The notes below the pieces were generated by a model, which made no database searches, was not told the origin of the DNA, and saw only the letters and a program-made list of their open reading frames with translations. From contig JBBIPC010000024.1 in the NCBI GenBank assembly GCA_037443035.1, positions 1-51,997 of the forward strand: DNA of 51,997 bases. The letters run 5' to 3'. This DNA comes from Chthonomonadales bacterium. Its GTDB lineage: Bacteria > Armatimonadota > Chthonomonadetes > Chthonomonadales > CAJBBX01. A program made the position numbers and the translations under genes. Of this stretch, positions 33,108-42,739 are shown piece by piece (within the stretch, counting starts at the first letter, position 1; each line of letters starts with the position of its first letter).

Positions 33108-34991
33108 ATGGACTCAGACGAACGGCTTACGCGCCGGGAGGTCCTGCAGAAAGGCGCGCAGGTGAGCGGTGCCGTCGTGGCGTTGGCGACGACGTCGGAT
33201 GCCCAAGGCGCTGCCGTCGCAGCAGAGGGGTGTCTACTGGTGCGGGGCGGACTTCCGGAGGCGAGTATCGTTGTGGCCGGGGATGCGCCGCCCGCCGTGC
33301 GATTCGCGGCTCAGGAACTCCAGAGCCACATCGAACGCATGACCGGCGCACAATTGCCCATCGTCGCCGATAGTGCCCAGGTCAAGGGGCCTCGCATCCT
33401 TGTGGGCGAGAGCGCCATGACGCGCCGACTCGGACTGCGAAGCGATGTGTTCCGGTCGCAGGAGTATCTTGTCCGCATTCGTTCCGACACGATCGTTCTC
33501 ATGGGCCGTGACGCAACCACGGGACAGCGCTCAAGGGCAAACGAAGGGGACGCAACAGCACGAACGGAGCCACCAGGGGCCTACGAGGAACAGGGCACTT
33601 GCTACGCCGTATACGACTTCTTGGAGCGGTTCTGCGGCGTGCGCTGGTACGCTCCTGGTGAGCTCGGCCTCATCTGTCCGAAGCGGCGCACCCTGCGCGT
33701 AGCAGGTCCCGATGTGCGTCGCGCGCCGGCGTTCAAGTTCCGGCAGGGCACGTATCTTCCTGTCTACGGAATGCTCAAGGAGATCTGGGATTCTCCGACT
33801 GCAGAAGAAGTGCGCCTGTTCGCATGCCGTATGCGCCTGGGCGGCCAACCGTACGCTGCCAATCACTCCTTCTACGGATACTACGATCGCTTCTTCCAGC
33901 GCAACCCGCAGCATCCCGAGCTTTTCGAGGCGGAGCACCCCGAATGGTTCGCAAGAGGTTACTCCGGTCAGCCGCCCCAGATGTGTTACACCAACCCTGG
34001 TTTCATCGCCCAGGTCATTCAGGACGCACGCGACTACTTCGACGGCAAGGGGGCCAAACCGGGCGCACAGGCGAACGGGGACTTCTTCGCCCTCGTGCCT
34101 ATGGACAACAGTTCATGGTGCCTTTGTCCGACCTGCCAGGCGGAGCTGAACGCCGACGAGAAGAACAGCCCTCATTTCTCCAACGGTTGGGCAAGCGATT
34201 ACATCTTCGGGTTCGCCAACAAGGTGGCACGGGAGATTGGCCGAACCCACCCCGGCAAGTACCTGGCCACGCTGGCGTACTCGTCTTACGCCTACTATCC
34301 TCGCCGAACGCGCTTGGAATCCAATATCGCCGTGCAGCTATGTCTCCACACGCGAAACTGGTGGGCTCCTGCCATGGAGCGCAACGACATGGCGATCTAC
34401 AAGAGCTGGACCACCAAGGAGAAGGACCGCCCCATCTATCTGTGGCTTTACTACACTTTTCCCGAGGAGATCGCCATGAACCAGGGGTGGCACTGCTTCC
34501 CTGGATTCTTTGCACATACGCTGGACCGCCAGTTCGAGATGTTCGCACGCGACGGTATCAGAGGTGTGTTCCTGAACAATCTTGGTGAGTACCTCGACTC
34601 TTACTTGACGTTTCGCCTCCTGGACGATCCCACGCTGAACGTGGATCGGATGATCGAGGAGTTCCACAAGCTCTACTATGGCGCTGCTGCGGAACCCATG
34701 CGGAGGCTGTATCTGGCCATCGAGGCGACCTTCTGTAACCCGGCCAACTACCCCGAAACGATCCGCAACGGTAACCGACATGAACACCAAACGGAAGAAC
34801 TGGCCTGGCAATACCTAGGAACTGCCGAGCGTATGGCAGCGTTCGGTACGCTCATGGAAGAGGCGGTGCGGTTGGCAGGTTCCGAGATGGAGCACCGCCG
34901 CGTCGCATTGTTCCGTCGTGCTATATGGGATTACATGGTGGAAGGCCGCCGTATGTGGGAATCGAAACAGAAACTGCCGCCCCGAACCTAG
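33108..34991 (+). CDS. DUF4838-domain protein with Tat signal and GH20/GH67-like N-terminal domain
   Basis: LTRREVL twin-arginine motif, 'AA.ELQ.HI..MTGA.LPI', 'GT.YAVY.FLE...GVRWY.PG', 'P.F..R', 'HPEWFA', 'Q.C.TNP', 'D....CxCxxC' and 'LAY'. Confidence 0.85.
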   Translation: MDSDERLTRREVLQKGAQVSGAVVALATTSDAQGAAVAAEGCLLVRGGLPEASIVVAGDAPPAVRFAAQELQSHIERMTGAQLPIVADSAQVKGPRILVGESAMTRRLGLRSDVFRSQEYLVRIRSDTIVLMGRDATTGQRSRANEGDATARTEPPGAYEEQGTCYAVYDFLERFCGVRWYAPGELGLICPKRRTLRVAGPDVRRAPAFKFRQGTYLPVYGMLKEIWDSPTAEEVRLFACRMRLGGQPYAANHSFYGYYDRFFQRNPQHPELFEAEHPEWFARGYSGQPPQMCYTNPGFIAQVIQDARDYFDGKGAKPGAQANGDFFALVPMDNSSWCLCPTCQAELNADEKNSPHFSNGWASDYIFGFANKVAREIGRTHPGKYLATLAYSSYAYYPRRTRLESNIAVQLCLHTRNWWAPAMERNDMAIYKSWTTKEKDRPIYLWLYYTFPEEIAMNQGWHCFPGFFAHTLDRQFEMFARDGIRGVFLNNLGEYLDSYLTFRLLDDPTLNVDRMIEEFHKLYYGAAAEPMRRLYLAIEATFCNPANYPETIRNGNRHEHQTEELAWQYLGTAERMAAFGTLMEEAVRLAGSEMEHRRVALFRRAIWDYMVEGRRMWESKQKLPPRT

Positions 34992-35131
34992 CTAGTCAGA
35001 CGCGCCGAGCCGGGTTTCCCCCGACTGGTCGCTGGCGAGGCTGCCAAGCGACGCACCATAGTGGGACTGACGTACGTGAACGCCGCTGTAAGAGACGAAG
35101 CGGATGGTATCGTACTCTGAGAGGATGGGGT

Positions 35132-38038
35132 ATGCCGACGAGTAATCCGATGGACTCTAGTGACAACCGCCCGAGTGATGCGAAGCCCACGATGCAGGCG
35201 ACAGCCATTGTCGTTCCGCCAGATGTTGCGTCCATCGACTCACTGCACCGTGATTTCAGACCGATGCCGCGAAAGCTGTTGCTGCACCCGGACGTCCAAG
35301 ACCACCTCGATCCCTCTGCTGTTCCCACGAAGCGGCTCTCCATCGTGTTGCAGCACTTGGCGGCACACGGTCGCACATCACGGGTCAAAGGCTGTGGCGA
35401 TGCGCAGAATCGAGGTTGGAGACGCTCACCGCTCGGGGGGAATGGCCCTTACCACTATTATCTGTGGTGGGCACCTGCTGGCACCCCGCAGACGCGGAAG
35501 CTACACCTTCCGGACGGCGCCATCGTCGTCCGCGACGTGCGACACCACGACGATCATTCACCTCTCCACGCTGGAAATCGCAGTGAGTACTTGGAGCTCA
35601 GCCAGAGAGAGATTCTTGGGAATGGCATCGGTGAGGAGCCTTGGACAGACGAGCAGAGGGCGTATGTCCAGAGTTCGGACGCGATACGGGTCGTACTCGG
35701 GCGGCCAGGTTCAGGGAAGACCACGGTCCTCTGGAATGCTGTGGAAGCTCGCAGTCACGAGCGGGTGTTGTATCTGACATGGTCTGGGCGGCTCCGTGCA
35801 ATGACGGAGGAGCGCATCGCGGCCTTCGGCTCGCCCACGAGCACCATCCAAACACTGACGTTTCATGAGTTTCTCGGCGAGCTAAGCGGTCACGATATTC
35901 CACTGCGGCCGTATCGTGACATCCTGGATGCATTCCTTCAGGCGATTCATCGGCTTCCCGACAGTGAGCTGGGACCGTGGAAAAGTCGCCGGGAGACATT
36001 GTTCGCGGAGCTGCGCGCTTTCCTTATTGGCCATGCGACCGTACCTGACGGCTTGGAGCCTGTACCCCGGCTCTCTGATGAGGCCTATCGTGCGCTGCGC
36101 GGGGAGACTATTGGCGGGGAATGTGTTCGAGCGTTACTGCGCATTTACCGCCTGCTGAAGCAGCGGGGCCGCCTGGGCACGCTCTTCCCAGAGTTCGTGG
36201 CGGTCAAAGCAGCCCATGAGCGTCTCGCCGCCGGCACATTGCCGGACCGATACGAGCGCTTCGATCGGGTTGTGTTGGACGAAGTACAGGACCTGACACC
36301 CTGCGAGATGAGCGTCATACTCGCGTTCTGCCACTGCATGGCGTCGCGGACGGGCCGTGCACCATGGATACTCATGGCAGGTGACAGCGGACAGACGGTG
36401 CGACCCACCGGCTTCGATTGGGGCACCCTCAACGGAAGCATCTCGGCTACGCTGGGGAGACCTACGCGGTACGATCTTCGCCAGAGCTTGCGCTGTCCCG
36501 AGCCCATCGCCCGTGTCGTCGCCCGAGCTGATGCTCTCTACAAGGAGCTCACGAAGGATCTGCACCCCGACAAACAGCTTCAGTACATTGAGGCATTGCC
36601 CGGGGAGGATGTCCAACTAGGTGCGGAGGAGATTGGGAACTACGCGCTTGTGTACGTGACTCTGGCGGATGTGTCGGAGGCTGTAGAGCTCCTGGAGAGC
36701 CTCGAGCAGATGGACGCTCAGCAGACCGCGGTTGTGACACCGTCCCCAGTGCTCCCCTCCTGGCTTGGTGTTGAGCACCGCGACCAGGTCCTTACTCCTG
36801 CCATAGCAAAGGGTCTGGAGTTCGAGACGGTCATTATCCTCGAGCCGGGCAAGGTCGTCCAGCAGGTCCGCGGCCGGCAGACCGATAATCCGTACGAGTG
36901 CTTGGCCGACTTGGAGCGCCGTCTCGTGATTGACGGTCTTCGCGTCGCAGCCAGCCGTGCGACGCAGGTCCTCGTCTTTGTGGACATCGCACCCGATGAC
37001 GAGACTCTCCGCATGTCCCAGGAGCTCCTCGGCGACTACCAGCCCATGGACTTGGGCGAGCTGCTCGCGTTTCTCGGCGAGGAAGAGGCTCCGCTCTACC
37101 AGCGGATTCGCGATCGGCTCGACGAAGCGGAGCGTCTCTTCGATGAGCTTCCACGCCGGGCGTGGCATCGTGCCTATCAGGCATTGGTCCTGGCCCGCGG
37201 AGGTGGGGGTGCCACAGCACAGGCAGAACCCCAGCAGGCGCTAGATGCTGCTCGCATGGTGCTTCGCTTCGCCGCTTCGTGGCTGGCGTCCGGCGTGCCT
37301 CGGGGCATCAGTCGCGACATGATCATAGATGGCGCCAGTGAGGCGCTGGACAATGCGTCACTCGCACCAGAGCGTCGCCTATTCGACGCGTTCCTGGCTT
37401 GGACGTCCCACCCGCACACCGCGGCATACGCATTCCTCGATACGGTCTGCGAGTACTGCGACGGCCAACGCAAGAAGCCGGAGTGGCTGGACGCTGGGCT
37501 GCGGTTGCGCCAGCAGGCGCTTCGCAAGTTCCTCATGGATGGGCCGCGCTCTGTCGAACATGCCCCCAAATACGTAGGCAATGTCGAGGGCTGGCTATCT
37601 GCACTGGGGTACTCGGCCGATAGAGGGAAACTGGCGGATAACCTACGCAGCATCGCCTTCGAGACGTTGCTGGAAAACGGCCGCCTGGAATCGGCGGAGG
37701 AGCTGCTCTCGAGCGTTTGGCCGAGGGACCGACTGCGCCGTGCAAGGCTGCGGGAGAAGCAGGGACGTCATGAGGCCGCGGCGCGTTTGTATGAGCGGGT
37801 GGGGCGTCAGCAGGATGCTCTCCGCAACTGGCGGAGGGCGGCCGCGTGGGACGAAGCCTATCGTCTCGCGACCGACGCTGATGAACAGGCGGACCTGGCA
37901 TGGCTTCGGGAAGTGCAGAAGCTGATGGGACGCCGCCCGCCCGGTATACGTCGTAGGCTGTCACCCGCAGAGGCCATGAAACTCGCTCAACTGGTGAAGG
38001 ACTGTACGCAGGCATCCTCCCAGACGGAAGAAGACTGA
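35132..38038 (+). CDS. SF1 (UvrD-like) helicase with a RelE-like N-terminal domain and a TPR-like C-terminus
   Basis: Walker A GRPGSGKTT, motif Ia VLYLTWS, Walker B VVLDEVQD, motif III AGDSGQT, motif IV LRQSLRCP, motif V AKGLEF and motif VI VAASRA. The C-terminus has helical repeats (AARLYERVG..DALRNWRRA..W.EA). The start is uncertain. Confidence 0.8.
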   Translation: MPTSNPMDSSDNRPSDAKPTMQATAIVVPPDVASIDSLHRDFRPMPRKLLLHPDVQDHLDPSAVPTKRLSIVLQHLAAHGRTSRVKGCGDAQNRGWRRSPLGGNGPYHYYLWWAPAGTPQTRKLHLPDGAIVVRDVRHHDDHSPLHAGNRSEYLELSQREILGNGIGEEPWTDEQRAYVQSSDAIRVVLGRPGSGKTTVLWNAVEARSHERVLYLTWSGRLRAMTEERIAAFGSPTSTIQTLTFHEFLGELSGHDIPLRPYRDILDAFLQAIHRLPDSELGPWKSRRETLFAELRAFLIGHATVPDGLEPVPRLSDEAYRALRGETIGGECVRALLRIYRLLKQRGRLGTLFPEFVAVKAAHERLAAGTLPDRYERFDRVVLDEVQDLTPCEMSVILAFCHCMASRTGRAPWILMAGDSGQTVRPTGFDWGTLNGSISATLGRPTRYDLRQSLRCPEPIARVVARADALYKELTKDLHPDKQLQYIEALPGEDVQLGAEEIGNYALVYVTLADVSEAVELLESLEQMDAQQTAVVTPSPVLPSWLGVEHRDQVLTPAIAKGLEFETVIILEPGKVVQQVRGRQTDNPYECLADLERRLVIDGLRVAASRATQVLVFVDIAPDDETLRMSQELLGDYQPMDLGELLAFLGEEEAPLYQRIRDRLDEAERLFDELPRRAWHRAYQALVLARGGGGATAQAEPQQALDAARMVLRFAASWLASGVPRGISRDMIIDGASEALDNASLAPERRLFDAFLAWTSHPHTAAYAFLDTVCEYCDGQRKKPEWLDAGLRLRQQALRKFLMDGPRSVEHAPKYVGNVEGWLSALGYSADRGKLADNLRSIAFETLLENGRLESAEELLSSVWPRDRLRRARLREKQGRHEAAARLYERVGRQQDALRNWRRAAAWDEAYRLATDADEQADLAWLREVQKLMGRRPPGIRRRLSPAEAMKLAQLVKDCTQASSQTEED

Positions 38039-38048
38039 CCAGCAGCCT

Positions 38049-39419
38049 CTAGAACTCCCTGTCAACCGTCTTGCCAGGCTGTGGCACGGGGTAACGGCCG
38101 TCGGGCCCGGCACGCAGAGGAGCGGGCGAGTCGGCGGTCAGCTTGTCAAGGCCGGGCGCTAGCTCATGGGGGTGGTTCAGGGCTTGTTCGTAGGTGATGG
38201 TCTGGCCGGTATGAGCCGCCATCCGGCCCATGACTGTCACGAGGCTTGCTTCGGCTCCGCGTTGCACTTCGTTGTAGGGTTTGTTGGACCGAATCGCCTC
38301 CAGGAGTTCCCGCCATTCCAGTTGGTAAGGGCTGGGTTCGCGCTGGCCATAGGCCCATGCGACGGCCGATGGGTCTTTCAGATGCCCCTTGTAGATCCGC
38401 GATCTGGCAGGTGCGTGTCCGTTTTCCGAGATGATGGCAAGCCCTTTGGTCCCGTGGGCGTAACTGGCAAACGCGTTCTGGCATCCGTCCATGCATCGGC
38501 CCTCGAGGAAGAGCTTCGTACCGTCGGCAAAGGTGTACTCGACGGAGTATGCGTCGAAGTTCTGATCCACGGAATCGCCCCGGTAGTGGCGTCCGCCCAG
38601 CGCGTGCGCCTGTATCGGCCAGGAGTTCTTCATCCAGCAGCACTCGTCTATGTGATGGATGTAGAAATCGCTGAACGCACCCCCGCCGGCCCAGAGGAAG
38701 CTGTGAAACCGCTGGATCTGGTATAGCAGTTCCGAGATGCCATCGGGCTTCGAACCCGACGAGAAGTAGCCAATGGGGCCGTGCATGCGATAGGCACGAA
38801 GGAGCACCAGGTCTCCCGCATCTCCAGCTTGAATGCGCTCGAACAGCGCGCGCCGGGCGACGCAATGGCGACACATGAGGCCAACGCCAACCTTCAGACC
38901 CTTGGCATCCGCCTGTTTCCCCAGCTCCATCATGCGCCGCGAGGTCGGACCGTCCACGGAGATGGGCTTTTCCATGAAAACATTGAGTCCCTTGGCAATG
39001 GCGTAGGTGAAATGGACCCATCGAAACGCAGGGGGTGTGGCGAAGATGGCAACGTCACCTGGTCTGAGACAATCCATGGCCTTGGCGTAGGCGTCGAGTC
39101 CCAGGAATCGCCGCTCCGGTGACACGTCTATCTGGACCTTGAGGGCATCTTTGAGGCCGTTGTAGCTGCCCTCCAGGCGTTGGGGGAAGAGATCCGCCAT
39201 GGCAACCAGCTTCAGCGGACCTACCCCGGAAGCGAAGGCATCATATACGGCGCCAGTGCCGCGTCCACCGCATCCGATGAGCGCCATCCGGATAGTATCG
39301 TCTTGTGCCAAATGCACATAGGGTATAGCTGCCGCCGTTAGCGCCGAGGCGGCTCCTGCACTGCCGAGACCTCTAAGGAGGGTCCTTCGGGATACGCGGA
39401 GATTGTCTTCCTTGTTCAC
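38049..39419 (-). CDS. Gfo/Idh/MocA-family oxidoreductase with Tat signal
   Basis: SRRTLLR twin-arginine motif, 'ALIGCGGRG', 'ATPPAFR', 'VFMEKP' and 'H.ID'. GTG 39419 follows RBS GGAGG. Confidence 0.92.
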   Translation of the reverse strand: MNKEDNLRVSRRTLLRGLGSAGAASALTAAAIPYVHLAQDDTIRMALIGCGGRGTGAVYDAFASGVGPLKLVAMADLFPQRLEGSYNGLKDALKVQIDVSPERRFLGLDAYAKAMDCLRPGDVAIFATPPAFRWVHFTYAIAKGLNVFMEKPISVDGPTSRRMMELGKQADAKGLKVGVGLMCRHCVARRALFERIQAGDAGDLVLLRAYRMHGPIGYFSSGSKPDGISELLYQIQRFHSFLWAGGGAFSDFYIHHIDECCWMKNSWPIQAHALGGRHYRGDSVDQNFDAYSVEYTFADGTKLFLEGRCMDGCQNAFASYAHGTKGLAIISENGHAPARSRIYKGHLKDPSAVAWAYGQREPSPYQLEWRELLEAIRSNKPYNEVQRGAEASLVTVMGRMAAHTGQTITYEQALNHPHELAPGLDKLTADSPAPLRAGPDGRYPVPQPGKTVDREF

Positions 39420-39503
39420 GCATGCCTCCAAGAATCGTCGCGAATGTCCGCGGGCTTCGTCGGTATTGCCCGGATTACCCGCATGACAGGCTCGACGGCT
39501 GGG

Positions 39504-40340
39504 CTATCGCCCTTTCACGCCAGCGATCTCGAAGACCCGCTCCATGAGCTGGGCTACCCAGACCGCTGGATTGCCAAACGGCTCTGGCACGACGGGGCCG
39601 TCGTAACCAATGGCCTGCAGGGCTTTCAGGAATCCTACAAGATCTATGACGCCCGTGGCTCCTGGAAGGGACCGCTTGTTGTCAACATGTTCATCCAGCG
39701 GCACGCCCCGCGGGGCATCGTTGACGTGCACGTAGACCACGCGGTCGTTGGCGAGCTTCGCCATCTCGTCCAGTGTGCCTCCGGATGTGTACCAGTGCCA
39801 GCAGTCCAGGAGAAGACCCACGTTCGGCCCGATTTCCGACGCCAGCTCGAGCATGTCCAGCATACGATAAATGAAGGGGTACCTTAGGCGATCGCGGATG
39901 GTCTTGGGACCCAGAAACTCCAGCCCGAGTCGACAGCCATGCGCTGCGAGAATCTCGGCAATGGGGCGGAACCGCGCAATGTGGAACCGACGGTTTTCTT
40001 CAGGTTCTCTATCGTTGCTGCCTGAGAGGATCCACGTCATCGTACGGGGGCAGCCGATCGCTTGGGCGGTCCTGGCGTACTTGGCAAGCTGCTCCAATCC
40101 CTTGCGCCACTCCTCGTCAGCGCCGTTCCATGCCACAGGAAGCCCCCACCCCGCCGGCCGGACACCCGATTCTTCGAATAGCCCCCTGACATAGGCTTCA
40201 CCGTGCTCGTCCACGAGGGACGTGACTTCCTGAATGCTGACTTCCACACCGGCGTAGCCCGAGTCCGCGGCGAGGCGAATGGCTTCCTGCAAGGACCCCG
40301 TCCGGATTCCCAGAGCACCTGGGCTGAGTGCTAGATACAT
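39504..40340 (-). CDS. Sugar phosphate isomerase/epimerase (xylose-isomerase-like TIM barrel)
   Basis: 'A...GY.GVE', 'LGLEF', 'GLLLDCWHWY', 'VHVNDA', 'R.LPG..G.ID', 'IGYDGPV..E'. Confidence 0.9.
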   Translation of the reverse strand: MYLALSPGALGIRTGSLQEAIRLAADSGYAGVEVSIQEVTSLVDEHGEAYVRGLFEESGVRPAGWGLPVAWNGADEEWRKGLEQLAKYARTAQAIGCPRTMTWILSGSNDREPEENRRFHIARFRPIAEILAAHGCRLGLEFLGPKTIRDRLRYPFIYRMLDMLELASEIGPNVGLLLDCWHWYTSGGTLDEMAKLANDRVVYVHVNDAPRGVPLDEHVDNKRSLPGATGVIDLVGFLKALQAIGYDGPVVPEPFGNPAVWVAQLMERVFEIAGVKGR

Positions 40341-40470
40341 GGTTGCGCAGACTCCCTGTATGGTGTATGAGATGAAGCGAGGAAATACTTACGTGGAGAC
40401 GGAGGAATAGGGACGCAGAGGAGCCATGAGCGGCTCCCCTGCACTGTACCTAGCGTGGTCACGGACAAGC

Positions 40471-40911
40471 CTACTGGTCGCCCGCCTTTTCCCGCGCCTC
40501 TAGCTCTGCCTCGATAAGGCGTCGGAGCCAATGCGGTGGGCGTCCAGCTCCATTGTAGGGCCGCATGCCTTCGGGCGCCTTGTCGAAGAGATGCTTGAAG
40601 TCACGCACATTGTAGTCACGCCGCATTGGCGTGGCAGCCTTGGCGCCCCTACCTGCCCGCTGCCTCCTCGCACCAGGTGCCTTCGGTGCGGCGGCCGCAA
40701 CCGGTGTCTCCGCCTTGGTGATAGGCTTGGCGAGCTGACCGGTCACGTACCGGGAAGCGACCAAGACGCCCAGATCCGTGCCGGTCTGCAGGGCTTCCTG
40801 GGCAAGATCGGCCAGTGTGGCTTCAGGTATCTCCACTTCGATCTTGACACTGACCCGCCGCATGCCTGGCTTGACAGATGCATCTGTTTCCGTGTTCATT
40901 GCTTGTCGCAT
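40471..40911 (-). CDS. Small putative DNA-binding/nucleoid protein (H-NS-like C-terminal motif)
   Basis: C-terminal 'YNGAGRPPHWL' resembles the H-NS WxGxGRxPxW motif. It is preceded by an Ala/Lys/Arg-rich linker and an N-terminal strand-helix-helix pattern. Confidence 0.6.
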   Translation of the reverse strand: MRQAMNTETDASVKPGMRRVSVKIEVEIPEATLADLAQEALQTGTDLGVLVASRYVTGQLAKPITKAETPVAAAAPKAPGARRQRAGRGAKAATPMRRDYNVRDFKHLFDKAPEGMRPYNGAGRPPHWLRRLIEAELEAREKAGDQ

Positions 40912-41060
40912 GGGTTACATCCCCTATGTCGTTGGCTTCCGCTTTCATCATCTTTCGCCGACTAGCATACCCCAGAATCGTCCGTAATAGTTCCTGAGGA
41001 AAACGTTGGCGAGACGAGCTTTTCCTGCGAAGCTTTTCTCTTCGTGGGAGATAGCATCCG

Positions 41061-42530
41061 CTATGCGACTGCGAAATCTATGTAGCCTCGCAAAACATCC
41101 ACTTCCAGGAGCCGCACCACCACTCGATCGCCTACGTCCAGGCGCTTACCTCCCTCGACGACACGCCCCTCTACTGGAGGAGTGAAAATGCGCACCCATA
41201 CCCCCTTGGGCTTGGCGCCGGTGATGATCCCTTCGAACCGCTGGCCGATCCTTGGTGCTAGGAGCATGGCCGCCGCCGACTTGGCTACTTGACGCTCCAC
41301 TTTCTTCGCGGCATCCTCTTGCACCGTGCAGTGCTGGGCAAGCTCCTCGAGTTCCGCGGTGGCGTATGCAGGAACGCCTCCGGCCAGAGCTGCCTTCAAC
41401 AAGCGTTGCGTGATAACATCGGGATAGCGGCGATTCGGGGCTGTGGAGTGGGCGTAGTCACGAACGGCAAGGCCAAAATGGCCATCGGTAAGCTCACCCG
41501 GTGCATGCACAACGTACTCGCCGCGGCCCAGGAGCTTGATGATGGTGAGCGAGAGATCGGGGAAGCTCACGGGTTCGGCCGCCCGACGACGGATAAGGAA
41601 CCGCTGCAAGGCCAGAGGATCGGGATCGTCAGGAAGCGTCGTGCCATATTCCGCCGCAAGTGCCTGAATCCGGTCCCATCGCTCGGGGGTCCGTACCACC
41701 CTGCGAAAACTGGGATACCCGCGTGCATCGAGGAAGGACGCTACCACGCCGTTAGCGGCGATCATGAAATCCTCGATGATGCCATGCGCTCGGTTCTTTT
41801 CCTCTGGCACGATGTCGCGCACGGTGCTGTCCTCCAACACTACTTGGGTCTCCACGGTGTCGAGTACAAGCGCACCGTGCTCGTGCCGCTGCTCACAGAG
41901 CTTCTGCGCTGCCTCGTCCTGCAAGCTCAGTTGGTCCGCCAGCCCCTCCACGGCTGCCACAGAGGGAGGCATCTCCGCGCGGCCCTCCAGCCAAGCGCCC
42001 ACGGAGCTGTATGCCAGCTTCGCCTTGTTGTGGACCATCGCCCGGTATATCTCGGAATCGTGCACAAGCCCGTCGCGGTCCACCGTGTAGCTCACGACGA
42101 CGGCCAGCCGGTCTTCGCCTGGATTCAGGGACGTCAGGTTCGTCGAAAGCTTCTCAGGCAACATGGGGAAAATGCGCGCCGCCGTGTAGACCGACGTTGT
42201 GTTGTACCGCGCGTGCACGTCCACAGGGCTGCTGCGGTGCACGAGGGCGTCCACGTCCGCGACGGCGACATGCACTCGGACGTCCCCCTTGCCAAGGTCC
42301 TCGGCGACCGTGAGCTGATCGAGATCCCGGGAGTCGTCGTTGTCAATGGAAGCCCACAGCAAGTGCCGCAGATCCCGTACGTCATCAGCGGCTGCAGGCC
42401 GAGCTGGACCAGCAAGCTTCTCGACCTGACGAAGAACCTCGCTGGAGAACTCGGGCTTCAGCCCCCGTTCCAGCATCACCTGGGCGGCAAGCTCGGCAAG
42501 ATCTATGCGGGGCTGAGCATGATGGGACAC
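41061..42530 (-). CDS. RNB-domain exoribonuclease (RNase II/R family, RNB + S1)
   Basis: 'DLR.L.W.SIDNDDSRDLDQ', 'VAVADV', 'TSVY.....PMLP', 'IIEDFMIAAN', 'HFGLA...YAHSTAPNRRYPD' and a C-terminal S1. GTG 42530 follows RBS GGAGG. Confidence 0.92.
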   Translation of the reverse strand: MSHHAQPRIDLAELAAQVMLERGLKPEFSSEVLRQVEKLAGPARPAAADDVRDLRHLLWASIDNDDSRDLDQLTVAEDLGKGDVRVHVAVADVDALVHRSSPVDVHARYNTTSVYTAARIFPMLPEKLSTNLTSLNPGEDRLAVVVSYTVDRDGLVHDSEIYRAMVHNKAKLAYSSVGAWLEGRAEMPPSVAAVEGLADQLSLQDEAAQKLCEQRHEHGALVLDTVETQVVLEDSTVRDIVPEEKNRAHGIIEDFMIAANGVVASFLDARGYPSFRRVVRTPERWDRIQALAAEYGTTLPDDPDPLALQRFLIRRRAAEPVSFPDLSLTIIKLLGRGEYVVHAPGELTDGHFGLAVRDYAHSTAPNRRYPDVITQRLLKAALAGGVPAYATAELEELAQHCTVQEDAAKKVERQVAKSAAAMLLAPRIGQRFEGIITGAKPKGVWVRIFTPPVEGRVVEGGKRLDVGDRVVVRLLEVDVLRGYIDFAVA

Positions 42531-42739
42531 GGTGCACCTCCTGGCTCGGACTGGCGGATTATCCCACGCCGATTGCCGTTCGGTCAAGGAAGCGCGTGCG
42601 ATACGGGGACACTCGTCGACGCCCGTCGCGTACACTAGGCAGGGATGCTTGCACGGCGGGCGAACTCAGGAACGGACCGCGATGCCGAGGCGATTCAGCA
42701 GCATGGACTGCCCGAGGTACACGCTCCGGAGGTTGGGGG

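Noticed and set aside
41289..42638. 449-aa plus-strand ORF
   Set aside because: Antisense shadow of the RNB nuclease with no motifs, as expected in GC-rich DNA.
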